Source of the DNA: Dermatophilaceae bacterium
GTDB lineage: Bacteria; Actinomycetota; Actinomycetes; Actinomycetales; Dermatophilaceae
Direction of reading: 5' to 3'
Length of the DNA stretch: 64,000 nucleotides
Assembly: GCA_044220725.1 (NCBI GenBank)
Contig: JBGAQN010000001.1
Location: 6,935 to 70,934, forward strand
The notes under the pieces were generated by a model. It ran no database searches. It was not told the DNA's origin and saw nothing but the letters and a program-made list of their open reading frames with translations. A program made the translations under genes and the position numbers. Numbering within the stretch: the first letter of the stretch is position 1; every line of letters begins with the position of its first letter. Positions 9,315 to 19,934 of this stretch are shown here, in pieces.

Positions 9315-9332
9315 GCTTCTGTTTCGGCTTCG

Positions 9333-10202
9333 TCAGGTCGGACCCGTCTGATCGGCAGCGGCGAGACGCCGGCCCTCCCTCACCAACACCCAGTGATACA
9401 TCGGGCTGGCCAGCCGCTTGGCCCAGTGAGCACACGCGCCGATCGGCTCGGTGAAGACGAGATACCGGCCCGCATCGACGCCCCGCATCAGACGGGCAGC
9501 CACCACCTCGGGAGTGCGTCGAGCTTGGTTGAGGTGGCGCTCTTTACCCGACTCTGCCAGGGCGTCGGCCCCCCGAAGTGAGACTGCCAGATTGGTCCTC
9601 AGGAACGACGGGCACACCACGCTGATCTGGACGCCGTGCGGGCCGAGCTCGTGCAGCAGAGTCTCCGAAAGCGCCACAACCCCGGCCTTCGTGGCGTTGT
9701 ATGCCGCCATCGCCGGGGCCTGGGCAAGCCCGGCCAGCGAGGCGATGTTGACGATGGTGCCCGACCCTTGGCCTTTGAAGACCGGGGCGAAAGTCCGGCA
9801 CCCCCGAGCCACTCCGAGCAGGTTGACCGCGACCATGGCCTCCCACTCGGACATCTCGGCGACGTCAATCCGCCCACCTGCTGCGACACCGGCGTTGTTG
9901 ACCAACAGGTCAAGTCCTCCCCAGTCCCGCTCGACCACCTCGCGGGCGGCCGCCCAGTCGGCGTCCGAGCGGACATCCAGGCGGCGATAGCGGACACCGT
10001 CGGGCAGCACCGCGGGCGGCGGCCGTTCAGCGAGATCGGTGGCCATGACCTGGTCTCCGCGGGCAGCCAAAGCGCGGACCAGCGCGAGCCCAAGACCTGA
10101 AAGCCCACCGGTGACCAGGCATCGGCGGGGCGAGGCAGGCGACCGCCGGTCACGGCGCTCACGGCCCTGCTGGCGGTGCTGGCGGTGCTGGGCGGACGGC
10201 AT
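9333..10202 (-). CDS. SDR-family oxidoreductase
   Basis: ORF 9333..10202: VTGGLSGLGLA (TGxxxGxG), NNAG, YNATKAG (YxxxK). GGAGGA lies upstream of the ATG. Confidence 0.85.
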   Translation of the reverse strand: MPSAQHRQHRQQGRERRDRRSPASPRRCLVTGGLSGLGLALVRALAARGDQVMATDLAERPPPAVLPDGVRYRRLDVRSDADWAAAREVVERDWGGLDLLVNNAGVAAGGRIDVAEMSEWEAMVAVNLLGVARGCRTFAPVFKGQGSGTIVNIASLAGLAQAPAMAAYNATKAGVVALSETLLHELGPHGVQISVVCPSFLRTNLAVSLRGADALAESGKERHLNQARRTPEVVAARLMRGVDAGRYLVFTEPIGACAHWAKRLASPMYHWVLVREGRRLAAADQTGPT

Positions 10203-10249
10203 ACCGAGTCCTCCTGGGTGACGGCACCGGGGCTGGCGGGCCAGGCCCG

Positions 10250-11659
10250 ATGAGACGAACCTACCGGCGCTACCGTTGGGGGGTGAGCACGAGCGCGGGC
10301 CGGGACCTGGACATCTTCGTCTTCGGAGCGACGGGCTTCGTCGGGCAGCTCACCGCGGCATACCTGGCCGAGCACGCGCCCGCCGATCTGCGGATCGGGC
10401 TGGCTGGGCGGCGTCGCTCGCGATTGGAACAGGTGCGAAGCGAACTGCCGGTGCCCGCCGCGAAATGGGAGCTCCTCGTCGCCGACGCCACCGATGCCGC
10501 GTCGATGGCCGCGCTCGCTTCACGCACTCGGGTCATCGCGACGACGGTGGGTCCCTACTCGCGTTGGGGTCTGCCGCTCGTCGAAGCGTGCGCAGTCGCC
10601 GGGACGCACTACTGCGACCTCACCGGCGAAGTGCTCTTCGTGCGACAGAGCGCCGACGCGTGGCACGAGATCGCTCGGGAGACCGGCGCTCGGATCATTC
10701 ACTCGTGCGGCTTCGACTCGATCCCGTCGGATCTCGGGGTGCTGGTGACCGCTGACCGGGCGGCGGCTGATGGAGCCGGCGAACTGACCGAGACGGTCTT
10801 GTCGGTCGTGTCCATGCGTGGCGGAGTCAGCGGCGGCACCGTCGATTCGATGCGCCAGCAGGCGATCCTCATGCGGGCCGACGCCGCCTCGCGCGCAATC
10901 GTCGCCGACCCCTATGCCTTGAGCCCCGATCGGGCCAGCGAACCGCAGGCGCCGCGGAGCGACAGGTCACTCAGCAGGTCAGGCTCGGCTGGGGCGGACG
11001 ACGAGGTGAGCGCATCCGGTATGCCGAGTGGCTGGGCAGGCGGGTTGCGTACACTGCGCGGCGTGGTCGCCGGGGCGGGGCGTCGGTTGCCGGTGCGGCG
11101 CGATCCGGTGACCGGCCATTGGACCGGGCCATTCGTCATGGCGGGGTTCAACACGCGAATCGTGCGGCGCAGCAACGCGTTACTGGGCTGGCGTTATGGC
11201 CGGGCCTTCCGCTATCGCGAGGTCGTCGACTTCGGCCCCGGGCTCAAGGCTCCCGTCCTGGCGACCGGGATGTCGGCCGGGTTGCTCGGGGTGGTCGGGG
11301 CGATGGCCTTCGAGCCGACCCGGGCCCTGGTCGGGCGGTTCCTGCCCAAGCCCGGCGAGGGCCCGTCGGAGGAGGCGCAGGCCAACGGCCGATTTCGGAT
11401 GGTGATCCGGACGACGACGACGACAGGGGCGGCATACCGGACGAAGGTGGGGGCCGATCGGGACCCGGGCTACAGCGGGACGGCCGTCATGCTTGGCGAG
11501 TCGGCGCTCGCGCTGGCGCTGGACGGTGCTGCGCTGCCGGCGGCGGCTGGGGTGCTGACACCCGCGACGGCTCTTGGGCACATCCTGGTCGAGCGACTCG
11601 TGGCCCAGGGCTTCACCTTCGACTGCCAGCGCGTCGACGACCACCGCCACCGCGCCTGA
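10250..11659 (+). CDS. saccharopine dehydrogenase-family NAD(P)-binding protein (enoyl-reductase-like)
   Basis: ORF 10250..11659: IFVFGATGFVGQLTAAYLAEH...TVGPYSRWGLPLVEACAVAGTHYCDLTGE. The true start may be GTG 10283. Confidence 0.8.
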   Translation: MRRTYRRYRWGVSTSAGRDLDIFVFGATGFVGQLTAAYLAEHAPADLRIGLAGRRRSRLEQVRSELPVPAAKWELLVADATDAASMAALASRTRVIATTVGPYSRWGLPLVEACAVAGTHYCDLTGEVLFVRQSADAWHEIARETGARIIHSCGFDSIPSDLGVLVTADRAAADGAGELTETVLSVVSMRGGVSGGTVDSMRQQAILMRADAASRAIVADPYALSPDRASEPQAPRSDRSLSRSGSAGADDEVSASGMPSGWAGGLRTLRGVVAGAGRRLPVRRDPVTGHWTGPFVMAGFNTRIVRRSNALLGWRYGRAFRYREVVDFGPGLKAPVLATGMSAGLLGVVGAMAFEPTRALVGRFLPKPGEGPSEEAQANGRFRMVIRTTTTTGAAYRTKVGADRDPGYSGTAVMLGESALALALDGAALPAAAGVLTPATALGHILVERLVAQGFTFDCQRVDDHRHRA

Positions 11660-11751
11660 ACCGCACCCGAAAACCTCACACCCGCCGACGAACTCGAACC
11701 CCCGGGCCCCAGATCAACCCGAAATCCTCACACTCGTCGACAATTTCTGAC
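11655..11751 (-). repeat. 52-bp-period tandem repeat, GTGTGAGGWWTTCGGG family (reverse orientation)
   Basis: CCCGAAAACCTCACAC ends at 11681 and CCCGAAATCCTCACAC ends at 11733, exactly 52 bp apart. It lies in the convergent spacer between 11659 and 11769. Confidence 0.7.
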
Positions 11752-11768
11752 GGTGGGCCCGACGCGCC

Positions 11769-13472
11769 TCACCTTCTTCGCCGTCGCACCCACGCTTGCC
11801 AGGGGGCGAGCACGCCGAGGTGCGCGGGCGGCATACCGGAGGCGTCGCGGTCTCCCGACGAGATGACCACGTCGGCACCCTCCCAGTCCGACGGCAGTTC
11901 GACCACGACACTCTCCCCGCACAGGTTCGCGACGACGAGCAACTCCTCATCGACGCCGTGCCGCAGGAACGCATACACACTCGGATGCTCAGGCAACAAC
12001 AGCTCGAACCGCCCGTCGACGATGACCGGCAGCTCACGCCGCAGCCGGATCAACCGCTGGTAGTGGGCGAACACCGACCCCGGGTCGCCCACCTGCGTGG
12101 CCGCGTTGATCTCCCGGTATGCCGGGTGGACGGGCAGCCACGGCGTCCCCGTCGTGAAGCCCGCGTGCTCGGACGCGTCCCACTGCATCGGCGTGCGCGC
12201 GTGGTCGCGGCTGCGGGCGTTGACCGCGGCGAGCACCACGTCAGGTGCCACTCCTCGAGCCAACGCCGCCGCCGACCAGTTGCGCGACTCGACGTCGTCG
12301 AGCTGCTCGACCGAAGTGAAGGGGAAGTTGACCATCCCCAGCTCCTCGCCTTGGTAGACGTAGGGCGTCCCCCGGTGCAGGTGCAGCACCGTCGCCAGGG
12401 CCTTCGCCGACACCTCCCGGTATGCCGTGTGGCCGGCTCCGTAGCGCGACACCGGTCGGGGCTGGTCGTGGTTGCACCAATAGAGGCTGTTCCACCCGAC
12501 GTCGGCCAGGCCCTCCTGCCAGCGGGCCAGGACCGACTTCATCCGCACCCAATCGACCGGGCGGACGTCGTAACGCCCGCCCATCCCGTGGTCGACCCCC
12601 ATGTGCTCGAACTGGAACACCATGTCGAACTCGCCCCGAGCCGGGTCGGTGAACCGCGCCGCCTCGTCGACGGTCACCCCGGGGCATTCGCCTACCGTGA
12701 TGAGTTGCCGCTCACCCCAAGCGTTTTCATGCATCTCGTGGACGAACTCGTGGATCCTCGGTCCGTTGAAGAACCAGCCGGTGCCGTCGGGGTTGAGCTG
12801 CTTGGAGACCAGGTTGACGACGTCGAACCGGAACCCATCGACACCCCGATCCAGCCACCAGCGCAGCATCGCGTGGACGGCGGCGCGCACGTCGGGGTTC
12901 TCCCAGTTGAGGTCGGGCTGCCGCCGGTCGAACAGGTGCAGGTAGTAGTCGCCACTCACCTTGTCCAGCTCCCACACCGGCCCGCCAAAGAACGACTGCC
13001 AGCCGGTCGGCTCCGCGCCCGCCTCGCCGATCACGTGCCCGTCGCGCGGCGGCCGCCACCAATACCAGTCTCGTTTCGGGCCCTCCCGCGAGACCCGTGA
13101 CTCGATGAACCACGGGTGGGCGTCGCTGGTGTGGTTGACGACGATGTCGATGACGAGTTTCATTCCGCGCGAATGCAGTTCGGCGATGAGCCGATCGAGG
13201 TCCGCCAACGTCCCGAACAACGGATCGACATCCTCGTAATCGCTGATGTCATACCCGTTGTCCGCCTGGGGCGACGGATAGAACGGCGACACCCACACCA
13301 CGTCAGCCCCGAGAGTCTGAATATGGTCCAGCCGACCAATGAGCCCGGGCAAGTCGCCGATGCCGTCGCCGTCGCTGTCGGCAAAGCTGCGCGGATAGAC
13401 CTGATAGACGACGCTGGTGCGCCACCAGGGCTGCGACACGGTCCCTCCCTCGACGGTTACGCTGGCGAGCAT
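11769..13472 (-). CDS. GH13 alpha-glucosidase / oligo-1,6-glucosidase-like
   Basis: C-terminal 567 aa of ORF 11769..13787: WWRTSVVYQVYPRSFADSDGDGIGDL, KLVIDIVVNHTSD, GFRFDVVN, NHDQPR. ATG at 13472. Confidence 0.85.
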   Translation of the reverse strand: MLASVTVEGGTVSQPWWRTSVVYQVYPRSFADSDGDGIGDLPGLIGRLDHIQTLGADVVWVSPFYPSPQADNGYDISDYEDVDPLFGTLADLDRLIAELHSRGMKLVIDIVVNHTSDAHPWFIESRVSREGPKRDWYWWRPPRDGHVIGEAGAEPTGWQSFFGGPVWELDKVSGDYYLHLFDRRQPDLNWENPDVRAAVHAMLRWWLDRGVDGFRFDVVNLVSKQLNPDGTGWFFNGPRIHEFVHEMHENAWGERQLITVGECPGVTVDEAARFTDPARGEFDMVFQFEHMGVDHGMGGRYDVRPVDWVRMKSVLARWQEGLADVGWNSLYWCNHDQPRPVSRYGAGHTAYREVSAKALATVLHLHRGTPYVYQGEELGMVNFPFTSVEQLDDVESRNWSAAALARGVAPDVVLAAVNARSRDHARTPMQWDASEHAGFTTGTPWLPVHPAYREINAATQVGDPGSVFAHYQRLIRLRRELPVIVDGRFELLLPEHPSVYAFLRHGVDEELLVVANLCGESVVVELPSDWEGADVVISSGDRDASGMPPAHLGVLAPWQAWVRRRRR

Positions 13473-14355
13473 GACCACAGCGGGCCGCGCGCCGCGTCGC
13501 CGACGGGGGGCACGGCATACCCTCGCGTATGCCGTGTGCGCGGCACTCACGCTACTCGCCGGTGGGTGCGCCCTGGCCCCTCCGACGACCGGGCCGATGA
13601 CGGCAGCCCCATCGGACGCAGCCAGCCCCACGGACACCGCGACCGGCATGGCGACCGGCATGGCGACTGGCACTGCGACGGGCGACGTGCCGAGCCCGAC
13701 CGCAACGGCCTCGGGTGTCCCGACGTCGACGGTCACATCGACTCGGCAACCCGCCGCCTCGGGAGCGCCGACCCGCACCGCAGGCACAGGCGGACCGCCG
13801 ATCGTCGAGGCGTGGATCCCCTACTCGCAGAGCCGAAAAGACCAAATGGCGGCATACGCAAAGCGACACTATGGGGTCGCGACCTCGACGTTGACGCCCA
13901 AGGTCATCGTCCTGCACTTCACCGAGACCGACACGTGGGAGCCGGTGCGTTCGACCTTCGTGGCCAACGTGCCCAACCGGGGTGAGCTGCCCGGAGTGTG
14001 CGCGCACTTCGTCGTCGACCAGAAGGGCGTGATCCGTGCCCTGGTGCCGACCAACGTCATGTGTCGACACGCCATCGGGGTCAACCATGTGGCCATCGGC
14101 ATCGAGATCGTCCAGGCCACGCATGGGCACACCTCGCTGTGGGCCGACCAGCAGATCCTCGGTCGGCCGGCGCAGATCCAGGCGGTCCTCGGGTTGGTCC
14201 GACAGTTGCAGACCCAGTTCGGCATCGCCGCTGAGGACATCGTCGGCCATGCGACGGCCAACCGTCACCGGCTTTTCCTCGACAAGCAGGGGTGGCGCAA
14301 CGACCACACCGACTGGCAGGCGCCGAGCGTCGCCGAGTTCCGCTCCCGGCTCTAG
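13471..14355 (+). CDS. N-acetylmuramoyl-L-alanine amidase (Amidase_2/PGRP) lipoprotein
   Basis: Within ORF 13417..14355. MTTAGRAPRRRRGARHTLAYAVCAALTLLAGGCA (signal plus lipobox), then KVIVLHFTE...CAHFVVDQKGVI...NHVAIGIEIV...IVGHA. Confidence 0.8.
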   Translation: MTTAGRAPRRRRGARHTLAYAVCAALTLLAGGCALAPPTTGPMTAAPSDAASPTDTATGMATGMATGTATGDVPSPTATASGVPTSTVTSTRQPAASGAPTRTAGTGGPPIVEAWIPYSQSRKDQMAAYAKRHYGVATSTLTPKVIVLHFTETDTWEPVRSTFVANVPNRGELPGVCAHFVVDQKGVIRALVPTNVMCRHAIGVNHVAIGIEIVQATHGHTSLWADQQILGRPAQIQAVLGLVRQLQTQFGIAAEDIVGHATANRHRLFLDKQGWRNDHTDWQAPSVAEFRSRL

Positions 14356-14464
14356 CTTCGGACTGTCGCTCTCGGCCGTGGTTCCCCGCAGGAGCCCCCG
14401 GCTCTCGCTTCCCTGCTATGGCGCTCCACCGTGGTCCCCGACGGCAGGGCTGGCCGCCGCCGCC

Positions 14465-14514
14465 GGTCAGGGGGTCAGGGGTCAGGGGGTCAGGGGGTCA
14501 CGGGTCAGGGGGTC
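14465..14514 (+). repeat. G-rich heptamer/octamer tandem repeat (GGTCAGGG)n, G-quadruplex-capable
   Basis: GGTCAGGGGGTCAGGGGTCAGGGGGTCAGGGGGTCACGGGTCAGGGGGTC: six G3-5 runs separated by TCA. It overlaps the vapC stop codon (14505-14507). Confidence 0.8.
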
Positions 14515-14915
14515 GCTTCTGGGCGAGGCCCGATCACCCGAACGCCGCGCGCAGCCGCGACCGTCGACAGGCGGACATCGAAGGTCGCAAGGGTCGCACG
14601 CTGGGATTCGGCCGCCAGCAGGACGACGCAGTCCGGAAGATTCACCCCGGTCTCAGCGCGCAACCGGGCCAGCGACGGTGCTCGATCTGCCGGAAGCGGG
14701 AGCTCCACCACGTCCAAGCGAGACAACGCGGCGACCGCACGGGCGAGCACCTGGCCCCCCGCCCGAGCTGGCCCGACGAGGAACTCGGCCAACGTCAGCG
14801 TCGGGACCCCGAGGTCCTCACCTGCATGATCCGCCAGCAGCGCGACCGCGTCGGCATGCCAGCGATCGGATGGCTCGAAGAAGGCCACCACGACGCTGGC
14901 GTCCAGGACAATCAC
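14505..14915 (-). CDS. vapC: PIN-domain toxin VapC
   Basis: ORF 14505..14915: MIVLDASVVVAFFEPSD...LPDCVVLLAAESQRATLATFD. ATGA overlap with the upstream antitoxin. Confidence 0.85.
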   Translation of the reverse strand: MIVLDASVVVAFFEPSDRWHADAVALLADHAGEDLGVPTLTLAEFLVGPARAGGQVLARAVAALSRLDVVELPLPADRAPSLARLRAETGVNLPDCVVLLAAESQRATLATFDVRLSTVAAARGVRVIGPRPEATP

Positions 14916-15181
14916 GCGGGCCAGTCCTCGCGCAGCGACTCAAGATAGCCCTGCGGGAAGCACCCAGCGAGCGAGCCTTGGGTCTCCAGGATGGCCTCCA
15001 ACCGCTGTTCGAGGAGTGACTCTTGCGCCTCACGCAGTCGCAGATGACCCTCCAACACCAGATTGACCACGAGCCGCGAGCGCGAGGCAGCCGCCGCCGG
15101 CCACCGGTGAGCGGCGGCATCCAGGGCAGCAGCAACCTCGTCGGTCTCGGTGATCACGTGACGGGCGCGCGTCGTCGGCAT
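14912..15181 (-). CDS. vapB: VapB-type antitoxin
   Basis: ORF 14912..15196. The likely start is MPTTRARHVITETDEVAAALD. Small, immediately upstream of vapC and overlapping it. Confidence 0.6.
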   Translation of the reverse strand: MPTTRARHVITETDEVAAALDAAAHRWPAAAASRSRLVVNLVLEGHLRLREAQESLLEQRLEAILETQGSLAGCFPQGYLESLREDWPA

Positions 15182-15358
15182 CCCTGAGTGTAACACTGAC
15201 CGGATAAGTGCTGCACCTGTCGCTCTCGCCTCATGCCTCGGCGCCGGAGAATCCGTCCGAGTTCGGCGGGCGCGCAGGGATGACCTGTGCCACAGTGGTC
15301 CGGTCGACGTGTGGGGCGCGCCGGCGACTCATCTCATCAGCGTCGATCGGGAGTCCTC

Positions 15359-16645
15359 ATGACCCTGCACACCCTCTCCTCGTCACGTCGCGCGCGCGAC
15401 AGCCGCGCCCGCGGCACCACGCCAGCACGCGGCATACGGCGGCTTCGGTATGCCGCCACCCTCCTGACCGCGCTCGGGCTCGCCACCGCTGGCCTGGCAA
15501 CCGCGAGCACGGCCGCAGCCGACGGACCCGGCGTCGGCACGCCGTGGGTCGCTAGCCTGGGCGACAGTTACATCTCGGGCGAGGCCGGCCGTTGGGCCGG
15601 CAACTCCAACAGCAGTTCGGCCTCGGTCGACGCGTTGGGCGGGGGCGCCTACTACGACAACGCGAGCCGCACCGCCGAGCAGATCAACCGGTGCCACCGC
15701 AGTTGGGCTGCCTCGGTCTATATCTCCAGCGGCACCCAGGGCATCGACCTGGCCTGTTCGGGCGCCAAGACGAGCACGTACACGACCTCGGACGGCTACT
15801 TCAAGCCGGGCCTGGACTTCTACGACAACGGCGCGGGTAAGCAGGGCCAGGCCAAGATGCTGCAGGCCTTCGCAACGACACATAACGTCAAGATGGTCGT
15901 CGTCAGCATCGGCGGCAACGACTTCAATTTCGCGAGCATCGTCCAGTCCTGCGTGACCGACTTCCTGCTCTCGCCCTCGTGGTGGCCGGACTACTGCTAC
16001 GACGACTCGTCGGTCAAGGCGAACTTCACCTCGACCAACATCGCGGCGGTCAAGGCCAAGGTCACGACCGCGCTGCTCAACGTCCGCCAGGCGATGCGCA
16101 ACGCCGGGTATGCCGATTCGGCCTGGACCATGGTCGTCCAGGACTACCCGTCGCCGATCCCGAGCGGTGCTGGGTTCCGATACAGCCAATCCGGCTACAC
16201 CCGCCAGAACACCGGCGGCTGCGGCTTCTGGAACAAGGACGCCGACTGGGCCAATGCCACCGCTTTGCCAACCATCAACAACACCGTCAAGGGAGCGGTC
16301 ACCGCATCGGGCATCGCGGGGGCCAAGATCCTCGAACTGCAGTCGGCGTTCAACGGCCGCCGCCTGTGCGAGAACACCGTCGGTCTGCTCGAGGAGAAGG
16401 GCCTGTCGTCCTGGACCCAGGCCGGCGCTGTCGACAAGACCGAGTGGATCGCCCAGATCCGCACCGTCTCCACGGTCACCGGCCCCTACTACGTCCAAGA
16501 GTCGCTGCACCCCAACTATTGGGGTGAGCTCGCCGAGCGCTCGTGTGTGCGGCAGGCCTGGAACGGCGGCGCCGTCCGCGGCGGCACCTGCTCGATCGCG
16601 GGCACCGGACTGCTCAACGGAGAACCGAGGATGACTCTTAGCTGA
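15359..16645 (+). CDS. secreted SGNH/GDSL-family hydrolase (lipase/esterase)
   Basis: Within ORF 15287..16645. MTLHTLSSSRRARDSRARG...signal peptide, then SLGDSYISGEAG (block I GDS), SIGGNDF (block III). Confidence 0.75.
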   Translation: MTLHTLSSSRRARDSRARGTTPARGIRRLRYAATLLTALGLATAGLATASTAAADGPGVGTPWVASLGDSYISGEAGRWAGNSNSSSASVDALGGGAYYDNASRTAEQINRCHRSWAASVYISSGTQGIDLACSGAKTSTYTTSDGYFKPGLDFYDNGAGKQGQAKMLQAFATTHNVKMVVVSIGGNDFNFASIVQSCVTDFLLSPSWWPDYCYDDSSVKANFTSTNIAAVKAKVTTALLNVRQAMRNAGYADSAWTMVVQDYPSPIPSGAGFRYSQSGYTRQNTGGCGFWNKDADWANATALPTINNTVKGAVTASGIAGAKILELQSAFNGRRLCENTVGLLEEKGLSSWTQAGAVDKTEWIAQIRTVSTVTGPYYVQESLHPNYWGELAERSCVRQAWNGGAVRGGTCSIAGTGLLNGEPRMTLS

Positions 16646-16675
16646 GCACGGCCCCCTCCTCCCGCACCCCCCGGC

Positions 16676-16760
16676 GGAGTAACCGCTTCAGTGTTGGCGA
16701 TTCTTCGGTGCAGGGGCCCGAACGCGTAGAGAAACCCGTCGAGTGTTGGCGATTCGACAG
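16676..16760 (+). repeat. 52-bp-period tandem repeat, GTGTTGGCGATTC family, copy downstream of gdhA
   Basis: Leader GGAGTAACCGCTTCA, then GTGTTGGCGATTC at 16691 and 16743 (52 bp apart). It abuts the gdhA stop. Confidence 0.8.
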
Positions 16761-18365
<1,605 letters not shown>

Positions 18366-19835
18366 TCAGCCCGAGGGCATCTGGTGCGCGGCGCCCATCA
18401 GGTCGGCCCACGAGTCGAGTTTGGTCCGCTCCCGGCCGAGCGCGGCGCCGCGAGCGATCTCGGCCGCATCGATAGCTCGCCAGCCGTCGAGGCTGACGAC
18501 GTCATGGCCCCGCGAAGCGAGCGCCGCAGCCAGGTCGAGTCGACCCGTGCCACCTGAACCACCAGTCCTGTCCGAAACGCCGGTCCCGTCCGAAACGCCA
18601 GTCTCGTCGAAAGCACCAGTCCCGTCCGAAACCCCGGCCTTAGTCGCGTCTGCCCCCGCAGCAGAGCGCTCGGCCCCCGCAGCCACCAGGTCCGCCACGA
18701 GATGCCGGACTGTCTGTGCGGCATCGGACTTGTTCGTCCCGATGACACCAGTCGGGCCACGCTTGATCCACCCGACGACATACTCCCGCGGTTGCACGAC
18801 CCCGGCCGAGTCGACAACCCGTCCCTCGACATTGGAGATCAGCGCAGCCCGCTCATCGAACGGCACCCCGGGCAGCGCCACCGACCGATAGCCGATCGAA
18901 CGCAGCACCAACTGCGTCTCCAAGCGCTGCGTCTCGCCAGTCCCGACGACCTTCCCCGTCTCGTCCAGCCGGGTCCGTTCCAGGACGAGCGCCTCCACCC
19001 GCCCGTCGCCCTCCACGGCAATCGGCTTGCGCCAGAACGAGAAATGCAGCCGACGCCGCGGGTTTTCGACAACCTTCGCCGCCGCCTCGCGCAGGATCTC
19101 GACGTTCGCCTTGGGCCGGCGCTCCAGATCATCCGGTATGCCGTCGAACGCGTCCTCGTTGACCGTCACCTGCAATCCGGGCGTGTGCACCAACTCGCGA
19201 AGCTCGACCGTCGTGAAGGCAGCGTGGTGCGGCCCACGCCGGGCGATGACGTGGATGTCGTCGGCCCGGTGTCGATGCAACTCGGCCAACACCCCCGGAG
19301 GCATGTCGGTCACTTCGAGCGACTCTGCCGTCTTGGCCAACACCCGTGCCACGTCAACCGCGACGTTGCCAACCCCGATCACTGCGGCCACCCGCACCCC
19401 CGACAGGTCCTGCTCAGGGGCGTCGGGGTGCCCGGAATACCAGGCCACGAACTCGCGAGCGGAACGGCTGCCGGGAAGGCCCTCACCAGGCACCCCGAGC
19501 TGCGCGTCCTCGCTGGCGCCGGCGGCATACACAACGGCGTCGTAAGCAGCCAACAGGTCAGCCCGTGAGACATCCCGCCCGAACTCGACGTTGCCCAAGA
19601 AGCGGACCCCGGCGTTGTCGAAGGTGCGGGCTAGCGCGTTGGCGACCGACTTGATGCTCGTGTGGTCGGGGGCGACGCCGTAACGCAACAGGCCGTATGG
19701 GCAAGGCAGCCGGTCGATGAAGTCGACCTGGACGGGCACCTCGCTCTGGCCCACCAATGCCTGCGCGGCGAAGAGCCCAGACGGGCCAGCCCCGACAATC
19801 GCCACCCTGGTGGCGTCCCGATCCACACTGCCCAT
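18366..19835 (-). CDS. fprA: ferredoxin-NADP+ reductase, FprA/adrenodoxin-reductase type
   Basis: ORF 18366..19835: VAIVGAGPSGLFAAQAL...YGLLRYGVAPDH...VIGVGNVAVDVARVL...GWIKRGPTGVIGTNK. Confidence 0.85.
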   Translation of the reverse strand: MGSVDRDATRVAIVGAGPSGLFAAQALVGQSEVPVQVDFIDRLPCPYGLLRYGVAPDHTSIKSVANALARTFDNAGVRFLGNVEFGRDVSRADLLAAYDAVVYAAGASEDAQLGVPGEGLPGSRSAREFVAWYSGHPDAPEQDLSGVRVAAVIGVGNVAVDVARVLAKTAESLEVTDMPPGVLAELHRHRADDIHVIARRGPHHAAFTTVELRELVHTPGLQVTVNEDAFDGIPDDLERRPKANVEILREAAAKVVENPRRRLHFSFWRKPIAVEGDGRVEALVLERTRLDETGKVVGTGETQRLETQLVLRSIGYRSVALPGVPFDERAALISNVEGRVVDSAGVVQPREYVVGWIKRGPTGVIGTNKSDAAQTVRHLVADLVAAGAERSAAGADATKAGVSDGTGAFDETGVSDGTGVSDRTGGSGGTGRLDLAAALASRGHDVVSLDGWRAIDAAEIARGAALGRERTKLDSWADLMGAAHQMPSG

Positions 19836-19934
19836 CGCGCACCTCCGGTGACACGAGCGTCCACATTGACGGGCCTGAGCCTAATGGGCGCCGGCTCGCC
19901 CGTCGCGTGACGGAGGTCCCGGCCCCACTGGCGG

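Noticed and set aside
11686-11702. GGGGGTTCGAGTTCG (minus strand) resembling a tRNA T-loop.
   Set aside because: There is no complementary T-stem, acceptor stem or anticodon arm. The sequence is part of the 52-bp repeat unit.
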